Below, piece by piece: positions 62,703 to 64,000 of a stretch of DNA of 64,000 nucleotides. Both the position numbers and the translations under genes were made by a program. The notes beneath the pieces were generated by a model that was not told the origin of the DNA, ran no database searches, and was given only the letters and a program-made list of their open reading frames with translations. Source of the stretch: an uncultured bacterium (GTDB taxonomy: Bacteria; Acidobacteriota; HRBIN11; JAKEFK01); NCBI GenBank assembly GCA_963777505.1, contig CAVZQN010000004.1, positions 320,001-384,000 on the forward strand, in the 5' to 3' direction. How positions within the stretch are numbered: position 1 is the first letter of the stretch; each line of letters starts with the position of its first letter.

Positions 62703-63855
62703 ATGAAAGACTGTTTGCGACCAATCGTAGGAATCATAATTTGTTCCATAATTTTTTCAGCATGCAAGAAAGAGGAAGCCCCACCACCGCCGCCTCCGCC
62801 AGAAGTGAAGGTCGCAGTTGTTTTGCAGAAGACAGTCCCAATCTACGTTGAAAATATTGGCGAAACGACAGGTTCAATCGATGTAGAGATTCGCGCTCGC
62901 GTTGAAGGATTTCTGGAAACTGTGGACTTCCAGGAAGGATCTCTTGTTAAAAAAGGGCAACTGCTTTATACGATTGATCCACAGCAGATTCACGCCGCGT
63001 TGGCAGAGGCTCAAGGTCGTCTTGCGGAAGCGCAAGCAAGACTGGCAAAAGCTCAGCAGGATGTGGCTCGTTACAAGCCTTTGGTGGAACAGAATGCAAT
63101 TTCCAAAGAGGAGTATGAAACCTCGGTCTCAGCCGAACAAGCTGCTTCTGCATCCGTTGAAGCGGCTCGCGCTTCGACAAAGGACGCGGAACTGAATCTT
63201 GGATATACAAAGATAACCTCACCCATCGATGGCCTTGTTGGAAAAACACAAGTAAAACCTGGAAATCTTGTTGGCCGCGGAGAAAACACACTTCTTACGG
63301 TTGTTTCAAATGTTGATTCTATTCACGTGCGTTCCAATGTTAGTGAACGCGATTATCTTAGACTTGCCCGTGCTAAAGGACCGTCGGCAGTGCAACCTCC
63401 GGATACTTTTGAGCTGGTACTTGCAGATGGCACGGTCCACAAATATAAAGGCAGTCTTATTTTTGCAGATCGTGCAATCGATCCTCTTACGGGAACCCTC
63501 GGAATTGAAGCAACCTTTCCAAATCCGGACCGGCTTTTGAGGCCTGGTCAGTATGCCCGCCTTCGTGCAGAGATTGATCAAAAACAAAATGCAATCCTTG
63601 TTCCTCAAATAGCGGTACAGGAACTCCAGGGAACTTACAGTGTTGCCGTTGTTGGTTCAGATAACAAAGTGAAATTGCGTCCTGTTCAAGCTGGAGAACG
63701 GGTCGGTTCCCTTTGGGTCATTGATTCTGGATTGAATGCTGGCGAAAAAGTCATTGTGGAAGGAATTCAGAAAGTTCGAGATGGTGTAACTGTCAATCCC
63801 ACTGTGGTTGAAATTAAGGAAACAGTACCAACGATCTCCAGCTTCGGCGACATAG
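62703..63855 (+). CDS. RND efflux periplasmic adaptor lipoprotein (AcrA-like); probable frameshift just before true stop
   Basis: Lipobox FSAC; VEIRARVEG, LYTIDP, ITSPIDG, FPNPDRLLRPGQY. Confidence 0.92.
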
Positions 63856-63865
63856 GAGGAGGATC

Positions 63866-64000
63866 ATGTCTGAATTTTTTATACGTCGCCCAATCGTCGC
63901 AATCGTTATTTCAATTGTCATGGTTATCATGGGCCTCTTCACACTGAAGGGACTGAGTTTTGAAATGTATCCCTTTTTGGCACCACCGATGATTCGCGTG
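63866..64000 (+). CDS. RND efflux permease (AcrB-like), 5' end only
   Basis: GGAGGAGG RBS; MSEFFIRRPIVAIVISIVMVIMGLFTLKGLSFEMYPFLAPPMIRV. Confidence 0.9.
   Translation, partial: MSEFFIRRPIVAIVISIVMVIMGLFTLKGLSFEMYPFLAPPMIRV

Noticed and set aside
1-64000. CRISPR arrays, tRNA/rRNA, transposases, prophage genes
   Set aside because: No regularly spaced repeats, cloverleafs or such proteins were recognised by eye; a tRNAscan/Infernal run would be needed to exclude small RNAs.

Overview
Bacterial window of about 45 genes. The gene content (Oar-like TonB receptor, TIGR02999-type ECF sigma plus Ser/Thr kinase-PD40, TolB-like propellers) resembles Acidobacteria, but that is an inference. Many genes between about 20 and 64 kb are split by single-base frameshifts, most likely long-read consensus errors, so coordinates are given for the reconstructed genes. 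Main content: (1) 406-3018, an integron-type array of 4 cassettes with 3 degenerate attC sites and an attI-like site but no integrase on either flank; (2) 10646-10873, a 75-aa glutaredoxin-like Uxx-star-type selenoprotein absent from the ORF track, with two in-frame UGA codons each followed by a SECIS-like hairpin; (3) a TamB-Omp85(TamA-like) fusion; (4) a dispersed module of three DUF3604 PHP-like metallohydrolases, a PpiC-like protein and three HupE/UreJ proteins, with carbonic anhydrase and a shared 6-4-6 palindromic operator; (5) a hybrid kinase/REC-adenylate cyclase/partner-switch signalling block; (6) an effector-like transglutaminase/papain-fold orphan; (7) divergent sigma54 promoters with tandem enhancer sites driving a DUF3300/DUF2950/SulP operon and an RND pump, near two paralogous GAF-sigma54 activators. 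No rRNA, tRNA, CRISPR array or transposase was recognised.
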